A DNA stretch of 57,563 nt from an uncultured Candidatus Saccharibacteria bacterium (GTDB lineage: Bacteria; Patescibacteriota; Andersenbacteria; UBA10190), in contig CAZSUC010000001.1 in the NCBI GenBank assembly GCA_964610055.1, positions 157,304 to 214,866 of the forward strand, written 5' to 3'. How positions within the stretch are numbered: position 1 is the stretch's first letter; every line of letters starts with the position of its first letter. Below the pieces are notes generated by a model, which saw only the letters and a list, made by a program, of their open reading frames with translations, was not told the DNA's origin and searched no databases. The position numbers were made by a program, and so were the translations under genes. Below are positions 17,501 through 24,073 of the stretch, in pieces.

Positions 17501-18057
17501 TCATCAGCTGTTGGCACTATATCATCACTCCAGTTAGCAGCCGTGCTCCAGTTATTATCCGCTCCGCCGCCATCCCAGGTCTTAACTGACGCTTTTGATG
17601 ATAACGCGCCCCATAATTTAATTGGATCAATGCTTGGTAAAATCGGGCTAAATACCATCACAAATACCAGAACGGAGCTAACTGCTGCTCTGAACTGGTA
17701 GCCATGATCTGCTTTTATCACCCATATAATCGTTTGGACAGCTTCATTTAAAGCTGGAAACTCGCGTTTTGCATCTTTCCAAACCGCTCTAAAATAGCGG
17801 TTTACCTGGGTTTCTTTCTTTTTCTTTGCTTTTTTGTAATGTAGACCCGGTACGTTAGCTGCCTGAATGTGATGTAATACCTCCGCAATCCCTTTATTAA
17901 CCTGTTTTCGGTTAAATAATGCGCTTAATCGTCCGATTAAAATGTCCTGTGTTTCGGCTACCTTCTCATCCCACGCATACCAAAACTTGCTGCATATCCG
18001 CACTATTTGGCGGATATACGTCAAAAAAGACTTAAATGAAGGAAGTCTTAAAAACAT
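8518..18057 (-). CDS. Giant (3179 aa) membrane-anchored surface protein with beta-helix-like repeats and three LamG/concanavalin-like modules
   Basis: Uninterrupted 9.5-kb ORF with a hydrophobic anchor at aa ~123-141. Two TWDGGG..NW....D(I)ATFD heads are each followed by G/T/N-rich repeats. Three modules read GL[IV]GYWK[FL]DEGTGT..DSSG.GNTGTL...YALDFDG..DYV....D[DE]V[QR][IV]YNRALS..E. There are also E-rich spacers. Confidence 0.9.
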   Translation of the reverse strand: MFLRLPSFKSFLTYIRQIVRICSKFWYAWDEKVAETQDILIGRLSALFNRKQVNKGIAEVLHHIQAANVPGLHYKKAKKKKETQVNRYFRAVWKDAKREFPALNEAVQTIIWVIKADHGYQFRAAVSSVLVFVMVFSPILPSIDPIKLWGALSSKASVKTWDGGGADNNWSTAANWSDDIVPTADDIATFDETSDHDVVIDTDVSVAGLDIRSEYPSKIEVRSGKRITIGLEGFRQDGGTFESGPSPMEVLGSFTLLGGKFIATSGTLSVKRNLALIAGEFEHNNGTVSLNGIGQLVSGTATFNNLSKIAQVGQTLTIQSGSTLTVKGTLSLKGGAPVVAGVGTENLLTVAASSSGEPAMLDPRGATDLQYVLFEDILNVSPKKVTCDDYCYESGGTSGWNDFAEMTAAVALPEPEPVTLELDLDPAESAESALNKANETLAENGITLPEVSIGRLLPPLSTVNQDTDSNDEAEETDEAAKAEESDIRLVAEELVQFNANEPVQFHLETDKEAKKVKLTPQDPEKAGETQEFKVEVEETEDTENPDGWLEWGLDLVSSIVGSEAQAAYEETAAETIMGAVVLDPEGEETNIRPILLNNEDGETVIEVPKPEQDFRPGKYTLRVQLTDAINENEAVTFEQDFTWGVLAMNLDKSTYKSGETAEIGIGVLDDWGHTVCDADVTLEITSPSGAKTVLETAEIKEESEEGEVEEAEGEEQEEEQTEETEEAGITRSESCSRVSVTDEPDYKAAYTTAENGQYMVVVTAVNENGARTMAQSFEVTESAPFVVERTAATRIYPVEDYTVAIKVTAAEDFNGTVTEQIPADFVINGGLNDLMNAVGGPDEEAEEEMTAAVEAAQEEATEEVEEVEEATDTEDTEGVEEIDSSISPSPSIEPTPETQIEEEVIEEEEEEADTEDTEEVEEVEKTVETVETIGNEEPIISVQENQITWTNVAIKAGESTTLSYTFNAPDKSPEFYLLGELTVGDWTEPRAWQLASDAVVTWDGGGSTNNWSEAANWTNDTAPTSSDIATFDSTSTKDVTINANINVAGIDINSGYTGTITQDTSYTITIGTSGWDQADGTFTGGSGAITISTTFALTLGTFTSTSGILTIIGQDDGKDDFTHTSGTGTFNHNNGTVAFTGNRQYVNVATTETFYNLTVNTMDNTRWVNLSGDSLVVNNLFTFTQGTIYNGTINAKGAISIASTSGGGSTGVLKIDGSGDQSFEVPDGAILPMVYLDNSTTTISFADSANVSIEGLNLQNGTVTSTTGTLTFIGTDQGSGSNDGFTHTSGTGTFNHNNGTVAFTGNRQYVNVATTETFYNLTVNTMDNTRWVNLSGDSIVIANTLTLTNGYVNTGTIQAQGDVTVDSGFDGGTALLQFTGTNDQTYTDAGGNEPNGDITINKTGGTVTLASSADWNATSQDVTLTAGTLDLAGNALSTNVLTVTDTLKMQGSESVTRSTLDLQSGSTVQFYGDGTGSTHTITDFSTEYKNVVISDSAGLDTFQLGAAADVNEEFQLQSGTFAQSDYTLNAAGDFTISNGATFTKSTNGSQLTFDGDLTFTDEGTTKQDMGDVAIGTSPDTTDLASDMVATSVTVNTGDVLNTNGYDLDITNDITVIGTLDATDDGEGDLTMINLGGDWSNTGTFTYADSTVTFDGGDQAVNGNTTWYNFTKTDDVNDDTDETLTFEAEKTQTIASGGVFTITGIDDSDRVNLRSSVTDTAWIIDIDGTPIASYHSISKADVKDSNNVSGANIVACEVYDSGGNTAWTIWQLCAVSGVVYTDEGTTNIGANKTVAVAVNGTKHGTTDETDESGAFAIADLTVYSNDILTIYLDDEPENGVTVSVTDGVNITDLNVYENRLIARHDNYGSITNTQLDTADTSAGSNDSDVTGMYTVESGTLQMYGDFNDGLIGYWKFDEGTGTSTADSSGSGNTGTLTNGTTWTTTVPDEINFTNPYALDFDGSNDYVSIGNQNIPTNGSFTLSAWVKIDVDTTDGSVIGHRGTAADGTSVLLWFDNDDTNGDAFQFAVSSDNPKTGDGYRSIVKDTWYHVTAIYDDSSATQRQLYVDGALRESDAGDVSFDKGTTAWGVGSENGSASVRPFNGQIDDVQVYNRALSADEIATLAGGDKNNELFIPENYSMTPGGTIDVADVDINGTLNLEANTAYVAGSWDATGGSVTTTGRVVMNGTGAETITSDGESFNDLYINDGLVGYWKFDEGTGTTINDSSGYGNTGTLTNSDGDEWTTTVPSGLDFDSPYALDFDGTNDYVEFASPVFDSHQAFSLSFWYYPSDQTRYDSILLANTSSGSTAIKVGVYDESSGELVFRWFSSSTLLYDRTGSSDFSLNTWQNVVLTYNGNFTSSSSHNFYVNSVNVDSGGYQQAGSGTPLVPDGIWKLGGSSSQHMTLDDVRIYNRALSAEEIARLASGSMPRTGTGTYTLADSLDVNGSLILSSGTLDVSSSNYGVDVANDWENDGGEFTAQSGTVTLSGASTGYEIQTGGEPFNNLTVADGSRTLADHLYADETVAQTAGTLDTDSSHNWNIYAGLLETAGTFTPNSSKVTVDDTDNHTFGIDESLYDVSFGDSLKYGLVGYWKLDEGTGTSAADSSGNGNTGTLTNGPTWTNSSLPVTNYTNSYALDFDGTDDYVPLASTSTFTGDVSLCAWIYRDNSSALHGVWGGNAGVGGEQVYRFEANSTTFTVRTSVDVIRTYSLPNSAAAWQYLCITRNTNNVRVYLNNTESSTGAISDSGTITIQRFGTSHTASWFNGKIDEVRIYNRALSTEEMRHLYMGAMKHTPDATGTYTAGNSLDINNDLMIADGSLDISTYNMNVAGDWYNEGTYVPQNSTVTFDGTDQTVYGTSSFYNFTKNDAVADSTDREMEFEAGKTQTVTNTFYVHGSGIYDRVNISSTEDGTQWTLDLDNTGSGNVEYAEVRDTAIANGSITSCDGLVIAPNDNNTNWTISGIELTQNDWRWYVDNSLQTPTDPWGNPNLDENELMSVLPASNDTAQKGDELRARVNLEVTGACALLPEQVAFKVQYSEAGTGGSCTDSGLTWTDVDDTGTSEIWRYGTDASLTDGDALTSSLISTTTVKENYVSSKASPQNNPNGASAGDDIEYDFHLEHNGATGAKTYCFRVVETDGTVLSTYNADGYMKLETRPTTDQVMRHGEFFMDETEKGFLWAD
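14045..14202 (-). repeat. Copy 1 of a 158-nt perfectly identical intragenic repeat
   Basis: Base-for-base identical to 14537-14694, with a 492-nt (164-aa) offset. Encodes ..HTSGTGTFNHNNGTVAFTGNRQYVNVATTETFYNLTVNTMDNTRWVNLSGDS. Confidence 0.9.
14537..14694 (-). repeat. Copy 2 of the 158-nt perfect intragenic repeat
   Basis: Identical to 14045-14202. The flanking sequence is diverged at the DNA level although the protein repeat unit extends further. Confidence 0.9.
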
Positions 18058-18311
18058 AGGACGTACGTGATTGAATTATAGCAGAAAAACACCGCCGATT
18101 GTGGAATTTATTTCTGTTATTTTTCCGCTATCTTAGCCCTAAATTAGCAGTCAAAAAATAATTCAAATATTATTCACAGCCCCTCCAAATCACCAATAAA
18201 ATTAGTGCAAAATCGTCAAGTTGTTTGCTGTGCAAATATTGTTCTAATTTCTATAACTATGTTCCACAAGACCTTTTTCTGGCCTTTTAACCACTGTACA
18301 AAAAAATTGTT

Positions 18312-18710
18312 CTAAACTACTGGAGGAATTTCGTTCCTTGTGTACCCTGCTAAAATCCCTTTCACAATATCAACAATCTCTTTAGGATTGTGCTCACTCT
18401 TTACAATGTACTTAACCGCCCCTTTTGCTAACACCTCTTCCGCGTCATGCTCCCCTGCTAAATTAGTCAGTACGATTACTGGAATGTCTTTTGTTGTCTC
18501 ATCTTTCTTTAAATGATCCAAAACTTCTAATCCATTCATTTCTGGCATCATAATATCCAGCAAAATTAATGTTGGCTTATTCTGTTTTACTGCGTCTAAT
18601 CCTTCTCGTCCATTATGTGCAACATCAACCTCATAACCTTCAAATCCGAACGCTTTTTCGTATAAGCGAGCAATTAACTCATCATCTTCAACAATTAATA
18701 TTTGTGGCAT
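18312..18710 (-). CDS. Single-domain response regulator (CheY-like receiver, no output domain)
   Basis: ILIVEDDE, LILLDIMMPEMNG (phospho-Asp context), VIVLTN, KYIVKS; 132 aa in total, so there is no room for an effector domain. Confidence 0.9.
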   Translation of the reverse strand: MPQILIVEDDELIARLYEKAFGFEGYEVDVAHNGREGLDAVKQNKPTLILLDIMMPEMNGLEVLDHLKKDETTKDIPVIVLTNLAGEHDAEEVLAKGAVKYIVKSEHNPKEIVDIVKGILAGYTRNEIPPVV

Positions 18711-18728
18711 AGGCCAATCATAGCATAA

Positions 18729-19787
18729 TTACGGCTTATTTGCGGCTGGCAAGACTAGCAAAAACGTACTGCCTTGCCCTACTTCTGATCGTTCTAGCGT
18801 TAATGTTCCTCCCATCCCTTTAGCTAATAGCTTAGATATATACAATCCCATACCAGTCCCTCGAGTCATATCTCGGGCTAGAACCTTATCCCCTGCTTGC
18901 TGAAATTTTCTAAACAATAAGCGTTGATTTTCCAGTGAAATCCCTGGTCCTGTGTCTGTTACTCGGATTTCAACCTTATCTTCATTTTGCTCCGCTGCAA
19001 TCACAATTCCGCCTTCATGCGTAAACTTTACGGCATTTGCTGCCAAATTCATTATCACCTGATGTACTCGTAATGGATCAGCTAGCGCCCCAATACTCTC
19101 CCCTTCTACTGGCTCAAACCCTAATACTATCTTCTTGGCCGTCGCTTCAATCTCTAATTCATGCACGACTTGTCTAATCTCCTTCATCACGTCAACTTTT
19201 GTTTTCTCAAATTTCATCTTGCCCAGCTCTAGTTTTGACACATCCAAAAAGTCATTTACGATTGTAATCAGGCGCACGCTTGATTCATAAATATCATGAA
19301 TCATTTGTGCTAAATCCTCATGTCCATGTAAAACGCTGCCATAATACTGCAAAATCATATCCGCACTGCTGCGTATCGCAGTCAATGGGGTTCGTAATTC
19401 ATGGGAAGCAATTACAAAAAATTCTTCTCTTGTTCGCTCTAAAATGCGTCTTTCCGTAATATCTTCCATCAGCACCACAACTCCGTGTGCTTCTTGATCA
19501 GATATGATCGGCGTTAATAACAAGCGGATATATTGAGATTTAGTCTGAATCTCTTTGGGCTTACATTCCTTACTCAAATTATTCATGCATTCCTTGCATA
19601 GTCTCCCCAAGTCAAAAAACTCATTTAATTGCGATACTACGCTTTTATTCGAATCATACTCAAACATCCGAAATAGCTGCCGATTAGTCATTAATGGCTC
19701 ACCTTCTGCACTCATCATGACTAATCCCAAAGGTAAACTATCAATCAAGGCCGCTAACCGCAGTTGGGCTGTATTATCATCTATCAT
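18729..19787 (-). CDS. Cytoplasmic PAS-domain sensor histidine kinase (HisKA plus HATPase_c, no TM segment)
   Basis: H-box ASHELRTPLTAI, N-box MNLAANAVKFT, G1 VTDTGPGIS, G2 GTGMGLYISK. The N-terminal ~110 aa is PAS-like. Confidence 0.9.
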   Translation of the reverse strand: MIDDNTAQLRLAALIDSLPLGLVMMSAEGEPLMTNRQLFRMFEYDSNKSVVSQLNEFFDLGRLCKECMNNLSKECKPKEIQTKSQYIRLLLTPIISDQEAHGVVVLMEDITERRILERTREEFFVIASHELRTPLTAIRSSADMILQYYGSVLHGHEDLAQMIHDIYESSVRLITIVNDFLDVSKLELGKMKFEKTKVDVMKEIRQVVHELEIEATAKKIVLGFEPVEGESIGALADPLRVHQVIMNLAANAVKFTHEGGIVIAAEQNEDKVEIRVTDTGPGISLENQRLLFRKFQQAGDKVLARDMTRGTGMGLYISKLLAKGMGGTLTLERSEVGQGSTFLLVLPAANKP

Positions 19788-21442
19788 CGCACTTGCCGGC
19801 TAATAAACGAAGCTATGACGTATGAGGGCAAGAGTGACAGTGCGATTAAAATTACACTCACTACAAAAGTTAACTGCACCGCTTCACCTACTGCTTTGAC
19901 GATAGTGTCATATGTTGTTCCGACCCACAAAAACCCTGCTATATCCTTATTCACGTCCTCTAAAGGCAAATATGATCCCAGAAATTGTTGATTCAAAATA
20001 TTTGTTATTTTGTTTACTGGCTCTGTGCGATGTTCAGTGATTGTCGCTCTTAAATCATCATCTCCTAAATCAGTTCCAATCCACCTTCCGTCCTCACCAA
20101 CCACTGTGACAGACGATGCCGATAATTGTGTGCCCGCTAAAACCGCCGCATCTAATCCTGTCGATCGTTTAATCCCGTCTACAAACGCATTATCTAATGT
20201 ATTTCCTGCCCAGATAATCGCAAACACCTGATCGTCTATCATAATTGGTGCTGTTGATCGGATTGATAATTGATCAGCTAACGGGCCTGACTGTTTCCAT
20301 ATTCCAGCCGATGATCGTCTTTCTTGTGCGGCTTTAACCAAAGGATCATCTGACCACGATGTCCCCTTCTCTTCCGGATTATCTCCGCTCGCTAATACTA
20401 TCCCTGAGCTATCAAGCACTGCTAATTCTGAAGCTTGTTGGTTAGTTAAATATTCTTGCGCAAAAGTCGCTAACTCACCTTCGTTCCCTTGTTTAATTGC
20501 TTCAACCCATCTCTGATCTTGCGCAATCAATTGGGTAAAATCGGCTAATTCATCCGTTTTCACCTCAAGTAAATAACTCAAGGCTTGCGCGTCAGTTTGT
20601 AATCGACTAACTGCCGAATTTTGTAAGTATCGCAATGCAAATCCGCTAAAAGTTACAGTTGTAATTAAGAAAATAGCCAAAGATACGCTCGTAAATGCCA
20701 AAATTAATTGTGTTTTTAGTCGTCGCAATAAATAACGAACTACCCAAATGACTAACCAAATACTTGCTGCCGTTAAAATCACATGTTCTATCATCCAAGC
20801 CGACCCAAAAGCTGCTCCTAGTTTGTACCATGTCGGATTAACAGAATCGCGCCATAATCTGGCCAACCATACCACTTCATATCCAGCTAACAATGTAAAT
20901 ACCGGTACAGCGTGCCAAACATGCCTTTCTAGCCCTCTTGTTGCTCGTCTGAAATATGCGCTTGCTACTAACAAGGCGGTTATTGCCGGTCCAAGCATGG
21001 TAATCCATGGGCCTGTAATTCCCAGTGGCCATACCGCTGTTAATGGCTTCATATCAAATACTGGTTTTTCTTCCGGTTTTGGTTGCGGCTTGTCTTGCAA
21101 TGTTTCTGGTACCAAGCCTTTTACTTTTGGCTTTTTAAAAATTGGTTGCAACCAAATTGAAGCCGCTAACAGTAAATATCCTGCTGTTCGGACTAATGGC
21201 AACATCGCTGTAAATACTTGGCGCGGTATATTTAACGGCAGTGTTTGGGACAATTCCACGTTTGCCGCGCCAATAAAAAATGATAGTGCTAACAATCCCC
21301 AGCCCAACAATCCCATCATTTTTCGTGGCACAAAGCTTAATCCCCAAGCATCTAAATACAGCCATAATCCCGACAATGAGGCTAACGCTGCTAACAGATA
21401 AACTGCAAAATGGACATTCTCCCAAGCTAAATACATCCACAT
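19784..21442 (-). CDS. Polytopic membrane sensor protein (N-terminal multi-TM region plus TM-flanked Cache-like extracytoplasmic domain), no kinase domain
   Basis: Several hydrophobic helices in aa 1-260. An ~250-aa soluble segment lies between two TM helices. The ORF stops right after the last TM helix, and its stop overlaps the start of the kinase gene (ATGA). Confidence 0.7.
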   Translation of the reverse strand: MWMYLAWENVHFAVYLLAALASLSGLWLYLDAWGLSFVPRKMMGLLGWGLLALSFFIGAANVELSQTLPLNIPRQVFTAMLPLVRTAGYLLLAASIWLQPIFKKPKVKGLVPETLQDKPQPKPEEKPVFDMKPLTAVWPLGITGPWITMLGPAITALLVASAYFRRATRGLERHVWHAVPVFTLLAGYEVVWLARLWRDSVNPTWYKLGAAFGSAWMIEHVILTAASIWLVIWVVRYLLRRLKTQLILAFTSVSLAIFLITTVTFSGFALRYLQNSAVSRLQTDAQALSYLLEVKTDELADFTQLIAQDQRWVEAIKQGNEGELATFAQEYLTNQQASELAVLDSSGIVLASGDNPEEKGTSWSDDPLVKAAQERRSSAGIWKQSGPLADQLSIRSTAPIMIDDQVFAIIWAGNTLDNAFVDGIKRSTGLDAAVLAGTQLSASSVTVVGEDGRWIGTDLGDDDLRATITEHRTEPVNKITNILNQQFLGSYLPLEDVNKDIAGFLWVGTTYDTIVKAVGEAVQLTFVVSVILIALSLLPSYVIASFISRQVR

Positions 21443-21449
21443 AGTCTTC

Positions 21450-24068
21450 TTAGTATATCATCTTCAACCAAGCACTGAGCGTGTTGGTATTGGTTAAACC
21501 TGTTTTGCTTTGCACTATTTGCCCTTTTTCATCAATCACTAGCTGCATTGGCACTGTATCAGCATGTAAAGCCGTCGCTGTTTCTCCAGTTGGATCCGCA
21601 TAGATTGGTATTTGGTAATTTCCTTTAATTTTTAAGGCGTGCGCTCTTATCGCTGATGCTTGCACTAAAATCGGAATAACTCTTTCTTGTTCCTCGGCTG
21701 ATAAATTATTTAAGTAAGATAATTGCTCCCCTGCTTGCGGCGCCCAATCAACTAAGAAACTTATTATTACCGTTTCTCCTTGTTGTAATTCTGCTAAAGT
21801 TTTTACTCCTTCATCACCCCAGACTTGCAATTGCGCCCAATCCAACGTTACTGGGCTATTTTCTTCTGCTACTGCTATGTCCGTAGTTTCTGTTACAGTT
21901 TCATCTGTTTTTTGAATTGAAACTGTCTCTTTCCAAAACTTTGGCGGCACTGGAATATGAAATATGCCCCAATCAATGTATTTTTGCTTTTGCACCGGTA
22001 TTTCAATCTGTAATGCGACGCTTTCCGTTAAAGTGAAAATCTCTGTCTGAACCGGATGAATACGCGGCGCTGTAACTGTTACGTAATAAGTTCCTGGCGG
22101 TAACATATACCTAAATTCTCCCTTCTCTCCCGTCGTTTGCGGATTAATTTGTTGAAATACTTCTGCTGACCAAGGCTCAAAGTAACCCACTGCCGCTTCT
22201 TTGATCCAAATAGTAACTTCTGCGCCTTCCACTGGCTCTCCATCCATCAGCACCTGGCTCCCGGTAATCGCTTTAATTCGTTGAATTACCCTTTCTGTCA
22301 CGTTATTCGCACCATCTTGTGCTCGAAAAGTTAATTCATATTCTCCTGTCATGGACAAGCTAATGGTTCCTGACCATAATCCCGACTCTTCGTTTTTTGT
22401 TAAAGCAAAAACTTGTTCTTCTCCTCCGTTTATTGGCCGAGCAATCACTTCAATCTTAATTGCTCCACCAACTGCTGATACCGTAATCTCTTGATCTAAT
22501 CCGGCCACCACTGCTGTAATTCCAACTGCTTCATCAGTTAGTAATTGTGCCCCAGTCGTATATACTGCTGAACCAACTGCTGGCGGAATTGTATCTAAGA
22601 CCAAAGTGTATGTTTGTGAAAACCCGACATTTCCACTGCTGTCGATAGCTCGCAAGCGCAACGCATAATTATCATCATCTTTTATAACCGGAGTAAATGA
22701 AAATGTTGCTGTTCCTGTTCCTAATCCACGTGCTCCTTGAATACCTATCCAGTTCTTCCCGTCATCTAATGAATACGCCACGCTTCGAACACTAATGTTA
22801 TCCTTAGCAATGCCTGTTAAGGTCGGAGCCTGCGCATAAACCTGCTCCCGCGTACTTGTTAAGCTAATGCTTGGCGGAGTAGTGTCCTGTACAACTCCAA
22901 CTACTGGTTCTGCATCACCTTCGCTGTTACTGCTGGTCGTTCCGCCATTGCTTTTTGTTGTTGCGCTTGATTGTGTCGCTGTATTTGTGGTCGTTGTGCT
23001 GCTGCTCGTATCGCTATCATCTCCTCCTCCACCGCCTCCTCCCCCACTATCTCCGTCATCTGAGCTAGTTTCCGTACTAGTCTTAAATGTATTATCACCA
23101 CTTTCCGCAGACGCTGTCGTCGTGCTGCTTTTAGCTTTAAAATGATATGTTGTGTTAGCACTCAAGCCAGTTAACGTTACGCTGTGACTGGTTGTTAGTG
23201 TGCTGTTAGTGTAATTGCCGCCGTACCCACTTGTTAATCCGTATTCCAATACTGTGCTTGCAGCTAACGTTGTTGTCCACGTAATTGTTGCGCTGCTCGT
23301 AGACACATTTGTTGTACTGACATTGGAAATCGCTAAGGTTGTGCCTGCTTCCGCGGTTGTAAACACTTTGTCATTTGAGGTACTAGTATTTCCCGTTCCG
23401 TCTCGACTTTCTACCTGATAATGATATATCGTTCCCGCTGTTAATCCGGTTACAGACATAGTGTGACTTGTTGTTAATGAGCTGCTTTGCTTGGTAGTGC
23501 CATACGTCGTACTGGTGCCGTATCTGACAACTGTTGTCGCTGCTTCATCTGTTGTCCAAGTGATGCTTGCGCTGGTTTGTGTGACATTTGTTGCTGTGAC
23601 TGCTGAGATAGCCGGCGGAGTTGTATCTCCTCCAATACTCACCGCCGTATCTCCCGAGCAGCTCGTTGCCCCCGACCCATCTCCTGTATCCGCTACCAAT
23701 ACTTCCCAACTGGCTGCTTCTTGAGGAGTTACTCCTGTCTGCACGCTGACATTAAAAGTTTTACTTTCCCTTCCCGCCAACACTCCACCGGTAAACTCAG
23801 CTGTCTGACTCGTACTCTCAACACTCCAGCCACTGCTATTACCGCCTAATACCTGAAAATTATCCGAAGGCGCCGTAATTTTTACCCAAATTGCATCACT
23901 TTCTCCTTCATTGCTTACCGCAAAAGCCAATGTCCCGGTTAAATTTGCATTCATCGATGTTGGACTAACTGACGCTGTGCATCCTGAAACATCCGCTTCT
24001 GCTCGTTGGATCGGCCCAATTAAACCTGTTATTACCGTTACGAGCGTAAATAAAGCTACTTTCTTCAT
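21450..24068 (-). CDS. Secreted multidomain protein: signal peptide, 2 x FN3, S/T/G linker, Ig-like / carboxypeptidase-regulatory-like domains, C-terminal thioredoxin-like (TlpA-like) fold lacking CXXC
   Basis: Signal peptide MKKVALFTLVTVITGLIGPIQRAEA. Two ..TPP.IS.V..TNV...SA.ITWTT...A.T...YG.. FN3 units. GGGGGGG/S/T linker. GEFRYMLPPGTYYVTVTA. C-terminal VIISFLVDWAPQAGEQL...IPIYADP....Y.....P..LVIDEKGQIV. Confidence 0.8.
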   Translation of the reverse strand: MKKVALFTLVTVITGLIGPIQRAEADVSGCTASVSPTSMNANLTGTLAFAVSNEGESDAIWVKITAPSDNFQVLGGNSSGWSVESTSQTAEFTGGVLAGRESKTFNVSVQTGVTPQEAASWEVLVADTGDGSGATSCSGDTAVSIGGDTTPPAISAVTATNVTQTSASITWTTDEAATTVVRYGTSTTYGTTKQSSSLTTSHTMSVTGLTAGTIYHYQVESRDGTGNTSTSNDKVFTTAEAGTTLAISNVSTTNVSTSSATITWTTTLAASTVLEYGLTSGYGGNYTNSTLTTSHSVTLTGLSANTTYHFKAKSSTTTASAESGDNTFKTSTETSSDDGDSGGGGGGGGDDSDTSSSTTTTNTATQSSATTKSNGGTTSSNSEGDAEPVVGVVQDTTPPSISLTSTREQVYAQAPTLTGIAKDNISVRSVAYSLDDGKNWIGIQGARGLGTGTATFSFTPVIKDDDNYALRLRAIDSSGNVGFSQTYTLVLDTIPPAVGSAVYTTGAQLLTDEAVGITAVVAGLDQEITVSAVGGAIKIEVIARPINGGEEQVFALTKNEESGLWSGTISLSMTGEYELTFRAQDGANNVTERVIQRIKAITGSQVLMDGEPVEGAEVTIWIKEAAVGYFEPWSAEVFQQINPQTTGEKGEFRYMLPPGTYYVTVTAPRIHPVQTEIFTLTESVALQIEIPVQKQKYIDWGIFHIPVPPKFWKETVSIQKTDETVTETTDIAVAEENSPVTLDWAQLQVWGDEGVKTLAELQQGETVIISFLVDWAPQAGEQLSYLNNLSAEEQERVIPILVQASAIRAHALKIKGNYQIPIYADPTGETATALHADTVPMQLVIDEKGQIVQSKTGLTNTNTLSAWLKMIY

Positions 24069-24073
24069 CTCTC

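Noticed and set aside
18224-18236. Palindrome TTTGC-TGT-GCAAA upstream of giant ORF 1, sharing a TGCAAAT heptamer with the 33863-33876 palindrome
   Set aside because: The arms are only 5 bp, and a single shared heptamer in AT-rich spacers is compatible with chance. Mentioned only as a lead for motif searches.
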